Below are positions 9,821 to 18,550 of a stretch of 64,000 nt of DNA, piece by piece (position 1 is the stretch's first letter; the number at the start of each line of letters is the position of its first letter). The position numbers and the translations under genes were made by a program. The notes under the pieces were generated by a model. The model worked only from the letters and a program-made list of their open reading frames with translations, was not told where the DNA came from and did no database searches. Source of the DNA: Opitutia bacterium UBA957 (lineage in GTDB: Bacteria > Verrucomicrobiota > Verrucomicrobiia > Opitutales > UBA953); NCBI GenBank assembly GCA_002293065.1, contig DBCN01000140.1, positions 464 to 64,463 of the forward strand, read 5' to 3'.

Positions 9821-9892
9821 TGGCCAGACCGGGACTCGAACCCGGAACCAATTGATTAAAAGTCAACTGCTCTACCATTGAGCTATCTGGCC
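9821..9892 (-). tRNA. tRNA-Lys (anticodon TTT), no encoded CCA
   Basis: The reverse complement folds by hand. Acceptor GGCCAGA/TCTGGCC, D arm GCTC-AATGGTA-GAGC, anticodon arm GTTGA-CTTTTAA-TCAAT, T arm CCGGG-TTCGAGT-CCCGG, discriminator A followed by CTT. 72 nt. Confidence 0.9.
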
Positions 9893-9948
9893 CTTGAACG
9901 CCTGCCAGCAAAGGGCTTTGCCTGCCGAGGGTAAAGGATAAATAGCCC

Positions 9949-10512
9949 TTAGCGGTGACCGCGTTGCCGAACGGCCTCGAACAGGCAGACGCCCGCGGAG
10001 ACGGACACGTTGAGGCACGGCACGGCACCCAGCATCGGAATCCGCACCAAGAAATCGCAGGTTTCCGCCGTCAGGTGGCGGATCCCGTCGCCCTCGGCAC
10101 CCATGACGATCGCCAGCGGGCCGGTCAGTTTGGCGGAGTAGAGGGATTGACTCGTCTTGTGGTCGCTCGTCCCGGCGATCCACACGCCGCCATCCTTGAG
10201 TTTCACCAAGGCGTTGCGCAGGTTGTTGGCCTGGACGATGGGCATGTGCTCGGCCGCGCCGACGGCGACCTTGCGGACGGTGTCGTTGACCGGCGAGGAA
10301 TTCTTGCGGGTCGTGACCACGAACGCGCACCCGGCGCAATCGGCGGTGCGGAGACAAGCCCCGAGGTTGTGGGGGTCCTGCACGCCGTCGAGGACGAGGA
10401 TCAGCGGGTCCTTGTGCTGCGCGAGCAGGGCCGGGATGTCCGCTTCATCCAACAGCCGAATCGGCTTATGGAGGTCCGCGTGGCGGGGCGCTCGATCATT
10501 GGACCGAGCCAT
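9949..10512 (-). CDS. TrmH/SpoU-family RNA 2'-O-methyltransferase (catalytic domain only)
   Basis: 187 aa. SpoU motifs are LVLDGVQDPHNLGACLRTADCAG, IVMGAEGDGI and IPMLGAVPCLNVSVSAGVCLFE. It lacks the N-terminal substrate-binding domain of RlmB. Confidence 0.8.
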   Translation of the reverse strand: MARSNDRAPRHADLHKPIRLLDEADIPALLAQHKDPLILVLDGVQDPHNLGACLRTADCAGCAFVVTTRKNSSPVNDTVRKVAVGAAEHMPIVQANNLRNALVKLKDGGVWIAGTSDHKTSQSLYSAKLTGPLAIVMGAEGDGIRHLTAETCDFLVRIPMLGAVPCLNVSVSAGVCLFEAVRQRGHR

Positions 10513-10515
10513 GGA

Positions 10516-11535
10516 TCAGCGGCGGGCCAGACGGCCGCGGGCGTGGAGGGCTTCGGCGATCTGGATGGCGTTGAGGGCCGCCCCTTTCCAGAGCTGGTCG
10601 CCGCTCACCCACAGTGAGAGGCCGTTCTCGAAGAGCGTGTCCTTGCGCAGGCGACCGACGCCGCACTTTTCCTTGCCGGCGTAATCCAGCGGCATCGGGT
10701 AAACCTTCTTCGCGGGTTCATCGCAGACTTCGGCGCCGGGGAAGGCCGCGATCGCCGCGCGGGCGACGGCGAGGTCCACGGGGCGCTCGAACTCGGCGCT
10801 GATGGCGATCGAGTGGGCGCGGAAGACCGGGACGCGGACGCAGGTCGTCGTGACCTTGAGGTCGGGCAGGCCCATGATCTTGCGGCCTTCGTGCAGCATC
10901 TTCATCTCTTCCTTGGTGTAGCCGTCTTCCAGGAAGGAGTCGACCTGCGGGATGAGGTTGAAGGCGATGGTGTGCGGGTAGACCTTGGGCGGGGACGCCT
11001 CGCCTTTGGCCCAAGCGCGCACCTGCGTGTCGAGTTCACGCATGGCTTCGGCGCCGGTGCCGGAGACCGCTTGGTAGGTCGAGGCGAAGAAGCGCTTCAG
11101 CCCGAACGCCTGGTGCAGGGGGAAGAGGCCCATCAAGGCGATGGCGGTGGAGCAATTCGGGTTCGCGATGATGCCTTGGTGGTTATCCAGGGCATGGGCA
11201 TTGATCTCGGGGACCACCAGGGGGACCGTCGGGTCCATGCGGAAGGCCGAACTGTTGTCGATGACGATGACCCCGCGTTTGACCGCCTCGTGGGCCAGGG
11301 CGACGGAAACCGAGCCGCCGGCGCTGAAGACGACGAAATCCAGGCCTGCAAAGGCCTCTGGCTGGGCTTCCTGGACGGTCCAGTCGCGGCCGCCATAGCT
11401 GACCTTGGACCCGGCCGAACGGGCCGAGGCGAGGGGGCGGAGCTCCGCTACCGGGAACTTTCGCTTGGCCATCAACGCCAGCAGTTCTTGACCGACCGCG
11501 CCGGTCACGCCCACGATGCCAATTCGATATGCCAT
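10516..11535 (-). CDS. asd: aspartate-semialdehyde dehydrogenase
   Basis: 339 aa. The Rossmann N-terminus is IGIVGVTGAVGQELL and the active-site Cys context is IIANPNCSTAIAL. Confidence 0.95.
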   Translation of the reverse strand: MAYRIGIVGVTGAVGQELLALMAKRKFPVAELRPLASARSAGSKVSYGGRDWTVQEAQPEAFAGLDFVVFSAGGSVSVALAHEAVKRGVIVIDNSSAFRMDPTVPLVVPEINAHALDNHQGIIANPNCSTAIALMGLFPLHQAFGLKRFFASTYQAVSGTGAEAMRELDTQVRAWAKGEASPPKVYPHTIAFNLIPQVDSFLEDGYTKEEMKMLHEGRKIMGLPDLKVTTTCVRVPVFRAHSIAISAEFERPVDLAVARAAIAAFPGAEVCDEPAKKVYPMPLDYAGKEKCGVGRLRKDTLFENGLSLWVSGDQLWKGAALNAIQIAEALHARGRLARR

Positions 11536-11600
11536 GTTCTGAGTTATCCTTGGTTTTGAAAAAGGAGTTCGCCGAACGCCTTCAGGCGTTGGGTGTATCC

Positions 11601-12086
11601 ATGTCGGAACATTGCCTTCTGGTGTCGGTTGACCAGCAAAAACTCTGGCATTTTCATGGTGGCGGGTGCGATGCCTACACCATCAGCACAGCCCGGGCCG
11701 GCCGGGGTTGCGTCCAGGATTCGCACCAGACCCCCACGGGCTTGCATGAGGTCTCCGAGAAGATCGGCGCAGGCGCGCCCAGCGGCATGGTCTTCAAGGC
11801 CCGGCAGGCCACGGGGAAACTCTGGGCCGATTGGCCGTCCGCGGAGGACAACCTCATCACTTCGCGCATCCTTTGGTTGGCTGGCCTGGAGCCCGGCCAT
11901 AACGCCGGCACCGATGCGGCCGGGCGGGTCGTCGACACCAAGCAACGCTACGTCTACATCCATGGCACGAATCAGCACGCCCGGCTCGGGACGCCCAATA
12001 GCCACGGTTGCGTGCTGCTGGCCGATGCCGATGCGATCGCGCTCTTCGACCGGGTGCCGGTCGGGGCGCAGGTTTACATCCGCTAG
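11601..12086 (+). CDS. YkuD-domain L,D-transpeptidase family protein (start ambiguous: 11529 or 11601)
   Basis: The catalytic motif is YIHGTNQHARLGTPNSHGCVLL. The ATG at 11529 would overlap the divergent asd start, so ATG 11601 is preferred. No obvious signal peptide follows either start. Confidence 0.75.
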   Translation: MSEHCLLVSVDQQKLWHFHGGGCDAYTISTARAGRGCVQDSHQTPTGLHEVSEKIGAGAPSGMVFKARQATGKLWADWPSAEDNLITSRILWLAGLEPGHNAGTDAAGRVVDTKQRYVYIHGTNQHARLGTPNSHGCVLLADADAIALFDRVPVGAQVYIR

Positions 12087-12089
12087 GAT

Positions 12090-14165
12090 TTATTTTTCGT
12101 CGGCCGCCGACCGCCAGGAGAGAATCATGTCGCGGGCGACCGGTCCCGCCGTCTTGCCGCCCCAGGTGCTGGTGTCGAGCTGTCCCTCCACGAGCACGCA
12201 GAAGGCGACCACGGGATTGTCCGCCGGGGCGTAACCGACGATCCAGGCGAGGTGGGCTTTCTCGCCTTTCTTGAAGTATTCCGAAGTCCCCGTCTTGGCG
12301 GCATAGGGGAGCCCCGGAATGCGCACGATCTTGGCGGTGCCTTCTTCCACGCAGCGCACCATGCCTTCGCGGAGGGCGTTGAGCTGCGGGGTCGTCAGGC
12401 CGATCGGCTCCGCGCCGGCATGGCGGCCGTCGCGACCCGGGTCGTGGATGATGCTCGGGGTGGTGCGCGTCTCCCCGCGGGCGATGGAAGCGATCAGGCA
12501 CGCCATGTGGAGCGGCGTGGTGAGCAGATAGCCTTGGCCGATCGACGTGTTGGCGGTGTCGCCATCCGTCCAAGGTTCCCCCGCGACCCGCTGTTTGTAG
12601 GCCCGATCGGGGATGACCATGCGGGTGGCGGGATTCGGTAGCTCGGTGGTCGAATGGTTGTCGTGCTCCGACGGCTTGCGCAACAGCGGGGCATCCAAGC
12701 CGAAACGGCGGGCTTCCTTCGCGAGGCTTTCGGGGCCGGTCCGGAGGCCGACTTGGTAGTTCCAGACGTTGCACGAAACGGCGAGCATCTTCTCCAGGTC
12801 GACCTGCCCGTAGCCCACCGGATCGTGTTCGGGGAAGGCGCGCCCACCGACCATATAACTGGGACCGCAGTCCAGGATGTCGTCCCAGTCGATCTTGTTG
12901 GCCCGCAAGCCGGCCGTGGCGGTGATCAACTTGAACGTGGAGCCCGGGGCGTAAAGCCCCTGGGTCGCGCGGTTGAGCCAGCCCCCGTCCGCGTTCACTT
13001 GATCGAAGTAAATCTGGGTGACGCGGTCCGCCATCTCATTGGGGTCGAAGGAGGGCTGGCTCGCCAACGCCAGGATTTCGCCCGTGTTGACGTCGAGCAT
13101 GACCGCGGCCGCGGGCAGGGGCTTGCCTTGCGAGTCGACGATCTTGGCCAAGGCCTCCTCGGCCGCTTTTTGGATCTTGGTGTCGAGCGAAAGCGCGACG
13201 TTCGCGCCTTGGATGGGGGCGGAAAACTTCAGCAAATCCTTGTTATAGCCGGAAGAGGTCTTGGTCCACAGTTCCCAGCCGCTGCGTCCGGAGAGGACTT
13301 CGTTGTAGGTCGCTTCGATGCCGTCCGCCCCTTTTTTGCCCGTGTAGCCCAGTTTCTGGAAGTTGACGAACTCGCTCTCGACCACGTCGTCGAGTTGTCC
13401 CTTGAGGATGTCGGAGTCGCGCACGTAACCAAGGACATGGGCGGCCAGCTTACCGTTCGGGTAGGAGCGGACCATGTCGGCTTCGAGCGTGATCGGGCCA
13501 TGGACCGGGAATTGCTCGATGAAGCGGGCGACGGCGCGATTGCCTTCCTCGGGGGTCACGGCATGGCCGGAGTTCGGGAAAGCCAGGTCGAGGATGAGCG
13601 GGAACTTCAGGGCGCGACGCTCGTTCAGGTGCTTCCGCAGCGCGTCCGGGTGCACCATGCGCTCTTCCGGATGCAAGTTCGGGGTCGACTTGACCTTGGC
13701 GGAGCCCTTCGCGGCTTTCTGGTTCGTCGAGTCGATGACGAACCAGATCTTGGTCAGCCAGGCGTTGAGCACGTTCAGGCGTGCGGTCTGCTGGAGTTGG
13801 TCGTAATCGGGGCGCCGATCGGGGAAGCGGGCTTTCTCCTTGTTCAGCAGGTCGAGGTACTCCTTCCGGAACTCCGGCTGCAGCGCGAGGAGGTCCGCCT
13901 TCACGCTCCACCGGACGCGGTTATCGACGAGGACATAGCCGTTGCGGTCGAAGATCTTGCCGCGCGAGGGTGGGCGGATGACGACGCGCCGGCTTTGGTT
14001 TTCCGATTGGTCGTTGAGGGCGTCGTTCTGGATGAGCTGTCGGTAGCCGAGCCCCACCGCGACGTAGATGAAGCCGGCGGAGAAAAGCAGGAAAATCGCC
14101 CGCAGCCGCCAGGCGGAAATGGGATCCGACGGCGCGGAAGGGTTTTGTCCGTCGACGTCCTTCAT
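12090..14165 (-). CDS. mrdA: penicillin-binding protein 2 (elongasome transpeptidase)
   Basis: Motifs are GSTFK, SCN and KTGTSE. An N-terminal TM helix follows MKDVDGQNP. The start at 14165 forms an ATGA overlap with the mreD stop, and the upstream in-frame ATG at 14282 lies inside mreD. Confidence 0.9.
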   Translation of the reverse strand: MKDVDGQNPSAPSDPISAWRLRAIFLLFSAGFIYVAVGLGYRQLIQNDALNDQSENQSRRVVIRPPSRGKIFDRNGYVLVDNRVRWSVKADLLALQPEFRKEYLDLLNKEKARFPDRRPDYDQLQQTARLNVLNAWLTKIWFVIDSTNQKAAKGSAKVKSTPNLHPEERMVHPDALRKHLNERRALKFPLILDLAFPNSGHAVTPEEGNRAVARFIEQFPVHGPITLEADMVRSYPNGKLAAHVLGYVRDSDILKGQLDDVVESEFVNFQKLGYTGKKGADGIEATYNEVLSGRSGWELWTKTSSGYNKDLLKFSAPIQGANVALSLDTKIQKAAEEALAKIVDSQGKPLPAAAVMLDVNTGEILALASQPSFDPNEMADRVTQIYFDQVNADGGWLNRATQGLYAPGSTFKLITATAGLRANKIDWDDILDCGPSYMVGGRAFPEHDPVGYGQVDLEKMLAVSCNVWNYQVGLRTGPESLAKEARRFGLDAPLLRKPSEHDNHSTTELPNPATRMVIPDRAYKQRVAGEPWTDGDTANTSIGQGYLLTTPLHMACLIASIARGETRTTPSIIHDPGRDGRHAGAEPIGLTTPQLNALREGMVRCVEEGTAKIVRIPGLPYAAKTGTSEYFKKGEKAHLAWIVGYAPADNPVVAFCVLVEGQLDTSTWGGKTAGPVARDMILSWRSAADEK

Positions 14166-14692
14166 ACGGCTTCGTCGGGTTGGGGGACGCCGACCCGATC
14201 CATGGCGAAGTTCTGGACCAAGGTCAGGGGTACGAGCAGCAGGACGGCCAGGATGGTCGCCAGCAGCAGATGCAGCAACCACTGCCCCAGGAAGTGCAGC
14301 GAGAGCAAGGGGACATCAGCCGTGTGGGCGAGTCCGGCGGCGATGAACCACGCCGAGCACCCGAGGGCATTCACGACGACGGCCGCCCCGAACATCTTCG
14401 GCATGTCCCGGATCTCGTCGCGATGAGAGGTCAGGTAGATGGCGATGAAGACCAGGAGGAGCGCCAGCGAGCCATCGGGGATCGGGCGCAGCGATTCGAA
14501 GAGGAAGCCGACGCAGGCCGAGAACAGCACGGCTTGCCAGCGTCGGAGACGCCGGCAGGGCGCGATGATGGCGGCGCCGGAGACGAATAGGCAGACGCCC
14601 GAGGCGGCCATGGCGTCCGAAAGCAAGTCGACGCCGAGCAACCAAGGGAAAGTCGCCAGGAGGAGAAAAAGCCAGGCCCAGCTCAGGCTCAT
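14162..14692 (-). CDS. mreD: rod shape-determining protein MreD
   Basis: 176-aa polytopic hydrophobic protein located between mreC and mrdA, with 4-nt ATGA overlaps on both sides. Confidence 0.75.
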   Translation of the reverse strand: MSLSWAWLFLLLATFPWLLGVDLLSDAMAASGVCLFVSGAAIIAPCRRLRRWQAVLFSACVGFLFESLRPIPDGSLALLLVFIAIYLTSHRDEIRDMPKMFGAAVVVNALGCSAWFIAAGLAHTADVPLLSLHFLGQWLLHLLLATILAVLLLVPLTLVQNFAMDRVGVPQPDEAV

Positions 14693-15576
14693 CGAAATTC
14701 TTCCGGTTTACCCGCCGGGGTGAGGAGGATTTCGCCCGCCGTCGGGTACTTCGGAATCAGCACCGAGACTTCTTGGATGAAATTGAGTTCTTTCGCCGGC
14801 GTGAGCGCGCCCGTCTGCATGTGTTTCTCGGCGGTCGACTGGACGCCGGCTTCGAGCGTGCCCAGCGTGAGGCCGGAGGGGAAGACGCCGCCCAAGCCGG
14901 TGGTCATGACCTTCGCGATTTGGCCGGCGGGCGGGTTATACTCGAGCGGGATGATTGAGACCACGGCGCGGGGTGCGGACAACGAAAGGCCCGCCCGACC
15001 GCTGACATGGACGACGTGGTATTGGTCGTCCCCTTCGAGGAACGCGGTGCAGCGGAAGCCGGGGCTGGTGACGAGGTCCACCTCGCTGGTGGTGAGGTGG
15101 ACGGTGCTGACCCGGCCGATGACGCGGTCGCCGAAGACGACGGGGCAACCGGGGCGGATGCCGTCGCTGCGGCCTTTGCGGATGACGATGCGCTGCCACC
15201 AGGAGGAAGTTTCGCGGATGGAGACGCGGGCGACGACGGTGACGAATTCGGTCGACTGCGGGTAGCGGAGCATCTCGCGGAGGCGGATGTTCTCCTTGCG
15301 CGCATCGTCCAGGGAATGGAGCTTCAACTCGAGCGCGGCGTTGATGCGGGCGAGGTCGCGGGAGGCGGCGACCAGTTCTTCGGGGGAGCGGCTCTTGAGT
15401 TCCCAGTATCGCGCGAGGTCGCGACCCTTGCCGACCAGATGCAAGGCGGGGGCTTGGAATTCGGCGAAGGCTTCGCGGTTGAAGCGCCGGACGGCGCTCG
15501 GCAGGATCAACCAAAGCCCGATGAAGAACACCAGGGCGACATAGGATGCTTTGGCTCCTTGGCGGTTGTTGTCCAT
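14689..15576 (-). CDS. mreC: rod shape-determining protein MreC
   Basis: 295 aa with an N-terminal TM helix, a coiled-coil segment (LELKLHSLDDARKENIRLREML) and beta-rich repeats. It lies immediately downstream of mreB. Confidence 0.85.
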   Translation of the reverse strand: MDNNRQGAKASYVALVFFIGLWLILPSAVRRFNREAFAEFQAPALHLVGKGRDLARYWELKSRSPEELVAASRDLARINAALELKLHSLDDARKENIRLREMLRYPQSTEFVTVVARVSIRETSSWWQRIVIRKGRSDGIRPGCPVVFGDRVIGRVSTVHLTTSEVDLVTSPGFRCTAFLEGDDQYHVVHVSGRAGLSLSAPRAVVSIIPLEYNPPAGQIAKVMTTGLGGVFPSGLTLGTLEAGVQSTAEKHMQTGALTPAKELNFIQEVSVLIPKYPTAGEILLTPAGKPEEFR

Positions 15577-15596
15577 GGCGGGTCAGCCCGCGGGGA

Positions 15597-16613
15597 TTAC
15601 TCCCGGCCGCTCCAGCGGGAGGCGTTGGCGAGGATTTTGCCGGTGCCGTTGACGACGGCGCAGAGCGGATCTTCGGCGACGATCACCGGCAGGCCCGTGG
15701 CTTCCGAAATGGCGCGGTCGATGCGGCGGATGAGCGCGCCGCCACCCGCGATGACGATGCCGCGGTCGACGAGGTCGGCGGAAAGTTCCGGCGGGATGCG
15801 CTCCAGCGAGCTCTTCACGGCTTCGATGATCTGGTTGACGTTGTCGGCCATGGCCTCGCGGACTTCCTGCGAGGTGAGGTGCAAGGAGCGGGGGAGACCG
15901 GTGACGGCGTCGCGACCGCGCACTTCGTAGGTCATCTCCTGTTCGAGGGCGTAGGCGGAGCCGATCTTGATCTTGATTTCTTCGGCGGTGCGTTCGCCGA
16001 TGATCAGGTTGTAAGACGAGCGGATGTACTTGATGATCGAAAGGTCGAACTCGTCGCCACCCACGCGGATGGAGCGGGCGTGGACGATGCCACCGAGGGA
16101 GATGACGGCGACTTCGGTCGTGCCGCCACCGATGTCGACGATCATGGAGCCGGTGGGCTCTTCGACGGGCAGGCCGACGCCGATGGCCGAGGCGACCGGC
16201 TCGGGGATGGTGATGACGTCATCAGCTCCGGCGCGGTAGGCCGAGTCCATGACGGCACGGCGTTCGACGGCGGTGATGCCGTAAGGCACGGCGACGACGA
16301 CGGTGAGGTTGGTGAAGATGGACTTCCGGGCGACCTTGCCGATGAAGTAGCGGAGCATGTGCTCGCTGATCTCGAAGTCGGCGATCACGCCGTCCTTCAT
16401 CGGGCGGAGGGCTTGGATGTCGCCCGGGGTGCGGCCAAGCATCATCTTGGCTTCATTGCCGACGGCGATGGGCTTGCGCGTGGTCGAGCGGATGGCCACG
16501 ACGGAAGGCTCGCGGAGAACGACGCCGCGGTCCTTGAGGAAGACGAGCGTGTTGGCGGTACCGAGGTCGATGCCGATGGCTTGCGTGAATAGCCCGGGGA
16601 AGCGCTTGAACAT
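15597..16613 (-). CDS. mreB: rod shape-determining actin homologue MreB
   Basis: 338 aa. Actin-fold motifs are IGIDLGTANTLVF and VDIGGGTTEVAVISLGG. Confidence 0.97.
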   Translation of the reverse strand: MFKRFPGLFTQAIGIDLGTANTLVFLKDRGVVLREPSVVAIRSTTRKPIAVGNEAKMMLGRTPGDIQALRPMKDGVIADFEISEHMLRYFIGKVARKSIFTNLTVVVAVPYGITAVERRAVMDSAYRAGADDVITIPEPVASAIGVGLPVEEPTGSMIVDIGGGTTEVAVISLGGIVHARSIRVGGDEFDLSIIKYIRSSYNLIIGERTAEEIKIKIGSAYALEQEMTYEVRGRDAVTGLPRSLHLTSQEVREAMADNVNQIIEAVKSSLERIPPELSADLVDRGIVIAGGGALIRRIDRAISEATGLPVIVAEDPLCAVVNGTGKILANASRWSGRE

Positions 16614-16631
16614 CAGATGGGTTGGTTTCCT

Positions 16632-16652
16632 CTATGAATAACCTATGAATAA
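16632..16652 (-). repeat. tandem direct repeat CTATGAATAA-C-CTATGAATAA (11-bp period) in the mreB upstream region
   Basis: Exact 10-bp copies at 16632-16641 and 16643-16652. The proximal copy ends 18 nt upstream of the mreB start codon (16613). On the mreB sense strand the sequence reads TTATTCATAG-G-TTATTCATAG-AGGAAACC. Confidence 0.5.
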
Positions 16653-16764
16653 GGGAGTCAAACCCCTTTTGCCCAAAGGGTTAAGCGGGGGTTCTGGCCT
16701 GCGAATAACCATCGATTAACGGCGATAGACGGGTCGAACGATGACCGTCAGGGAATTGCGTCCG

Positions 16765-17466
16765 TCAAGGGTGACCGTGGGGCGGGAGGGGAGGGGGTTG
16801 CCCAGGGCCAGCCGCGGCACGGATCCGCCGCCAAAAAAAGTAACCGGTCCCCGCCGCAAAAGAGAGGAGTATGGCCAGTAGTATCCAGAACACGCTCCGG
16901 CTCGCATGCGTGGACGCGGGGTTCAGCGCAACGGTGTCCTCCGCCAGTTGCCGAAGGCGTTCGGCATCTGGCGCGTAGGGGGTGGCCCGTTGGTCATCGT
17001 CGGGTTGGCTGTAGTTCAGCCGGAGGATGCGTCCGCGGCACTGCAGCACGGCGTAGAGCGTCGTCTTGTCGTCGAGCCAATAGACCCGATAGCGGTCGCC
17101 GAAGCGATAGAGGCCGGATTCCTTATTCGGGAATTCACGGGCAAAGAACGCGGCGCTCTGGTGCTTGCCGCCTGGGAGCAGGGGGAGTTCGGAGACGAAG
17201 ATGTAGCGTTCGGTACCGTCCGCATGGCCATGGAGCGTCGCCAAGAGTTTTGCCTGCCGCATCTCAGGCGAAAGGTCGGGGAGCTTCTCGAGCACGGTTT
17301 TCCGTTTGGCCGTGAATTCCTTGACCCAGGCGCTCTCGGGGTCGGCCAAGTACATGCCGCGCGGTATCGGCAGGGTGATGCTTTCGCCGTTCGAGACGAT
17401 CTCGACGGTGTCGGCGGCGAAGCCGCACGCCGCAAAAGCGAAGCAGGCGATGAGACGACGATACAT
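16765..17466 (-). CDS. hypothetical exported protein with a C-terminal membrane anchor
   Basis: The start is taken at MYRRLIACFAFAACGFAAD (signal peptide). The longer track ORF to 17769 overlaps uppP. A C-terminal TM helix (VFWILLAILLSFAAGTGYFFW) is followed by a Pro-rich tail. I recognise no family. Confidence 0.55.
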   Translation of the reverse strand: MYRRLIACFAFAACGFAADTVEIVSNGESITLPIPRGMYLADPESAWVKEFTAKRKTVLEKLPDLSPEMRQAKLLATLHGHADGTERYIFVSELPLLPGGKHQSAAFFAREFPNKESGLYRFGDRYRVYWLDDKTTLYAVLQCRGRILRLNYSQPDDDQRATPYAPDAERLRQLAEDTVALNPASTHASRSVFWILLAILLSFAAGTGYFFWRRIRAAAGPGQPPPLPPHGHP

Positions 17467-17479
17467 CGTGGTGCTCGGT

Positions 17480-18451
17480 TCAGAGGGTGACGCGCCAAAC
17501 CAAGATCGCCCCGCCAAGAGCGATACGGTACCAAGCGAACGGGCCCATGCCGCGTCGCAGGATGAAGCCGACCATCCACTTAACGGACAGGAAGGCGGCC
17601 ACGGCCGCAATGACCAGGCCCAGGCTGGCGCTGCCCAAGGGGTAGACCTGCGCGAGGGCCGGGCCCATGGCGTAGACTTTATAAAGCGAAGCAGCGGAAA
17701 GGATGGCCAGGCCGACCAGGAAGGAAAACTCGGTCGCCGCGGCGGCCGAAAGGCCCGCCCAACGGCCACCCAAAATCGTCGCCAAGGAACGGCTGGTCCC
17801 GGGGATGAGGGCGACGCATTGGCAGAGGCCGATCGTCAGCGACTGTTTCCAGCTCAGGCGGAGGACTTCGTCGGGCTTGGCTGCGTGTTTCGGCAGGAAG
17901 CGTTCGGCGATCAAGATGATGAGACCGCCCATGATCAGCGCCACCGCGACAATCTCGATGCTGAACGGAATGTAGTCCTTGCAGAGGTAGCCCAAGACGG
18001 CGGCGGGTAGGAAGGCGATGGTGATGGACTGGGTGAGCGCCAAGGCGGCGGGATCGAGTCGGACTAGTCCGAGGACGAGTTGACGGAGCCGGGCAAAAAA
18101 GACGACGAGGACCGCGAGGATGGCGCCGAATTGGATGATGACGATGTAATCATCCGCGACCCGTTCCAAGGTGACGGGCCGTCCTTTGCGGTCGACCACG
18201 CCGCGCACCACCTTGTGCGCATCGTTGTCCACGCCGAGGAGGCGGTCGCTGATGATCATGTGACCCGTCGAGGAAACGGGGAGGAATTCCGTGACGCCCT
18301 CGACGACCCCGGTCACGATCACGCGGGTGGTCGTGAATTGGGCGCGGGCCTCTTCCGCGCCGACCTCTTGGGGTGACTGGGCCGCGGTGGCCGCCTTCAG
18401 GGACGCGAGTGGTACCCAGAGGGTTAACAGGAGGAGGCGCAGGCCACGCAT
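17480..18451 (-). CDS. uppP: undecaprenyl-diphosphate phosphatase
   Basis: It has the signature [18 protein letters not shown] and is a polytopic membrane protein. The start is ambiguous: ATG 18451 adds a ~43-aa signal-like extension, and GTG 18322 gives a canonical N-terminus. Confidence 0.9.
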   Translation of the reverse strand: MRGLRLLLLTLWVPLASLKAATAAQSPQEVGAEEARAQFTTTRVIVTGVVEGVTEFLPVSSTGHMIISDRLLGVDNDAHKVVRGVVDRKGRPVTLERVADDYIVIIQFGAILAVLVVFFARLRQLVLGLVRLDPAALALTQSITIAFLPAAVLGYLCKDYIPFSIEIVAVALIMGGLIILIAERFLPKHAAKPDEVLRLSWKQSLTIGLCQCVALIPGTSRSLATILGGRWAGLSAAAATEFSFLVGLAILSAASLYKVYAMGPALAQVYPLGSASLGLVIAAVAAFLSVKWMVGFILRRGMGPFAWYRIALGGAILVWRVTL

Positions 18452-18550
18452 GCCATCCTAATGGTTGGGAATGCAGGGCAGGGCAAGACCTGCGATGTGT
18501 CCTTGTCGCTTGCCCTTCGGATGGCTTCTCGCTTTATCGGGAGACACTTT

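Noticed and set aside
9893-9948. Imperfect hairpin (CAGCAAAG-GG-CTTTGCCTG) between the TrmH-family gene and tRNA-Lys(TTT), as a possible terminator.
   Set aside because: There is no T-run on the transcribed (minus) strand, and the stem is bulged with a minimal loop. It is more likely a processing or incidental structure, so it is not called.
17467-17769. 101-codon upstream extension of the 16765 ORF ([10 protein letters not shown]...).
   Set aside because: It overlaps the 3' part of uppP and is Pro/Trp/Ser-rich. An internal ATG at 17466 gives a proper signal peptide 13 nt after the uppP stop.
18452-18550. Trp attenuator or leader peptide upstream of trpB (GGGCAAG...CTTGCCC and nested CAAGAC/GTCCTTG stems).
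   Set aside because: No small ORF with Trp codons is present, and no T-run follows the stems. The hairpins are short and could arise by chance in GC-rich DNA.
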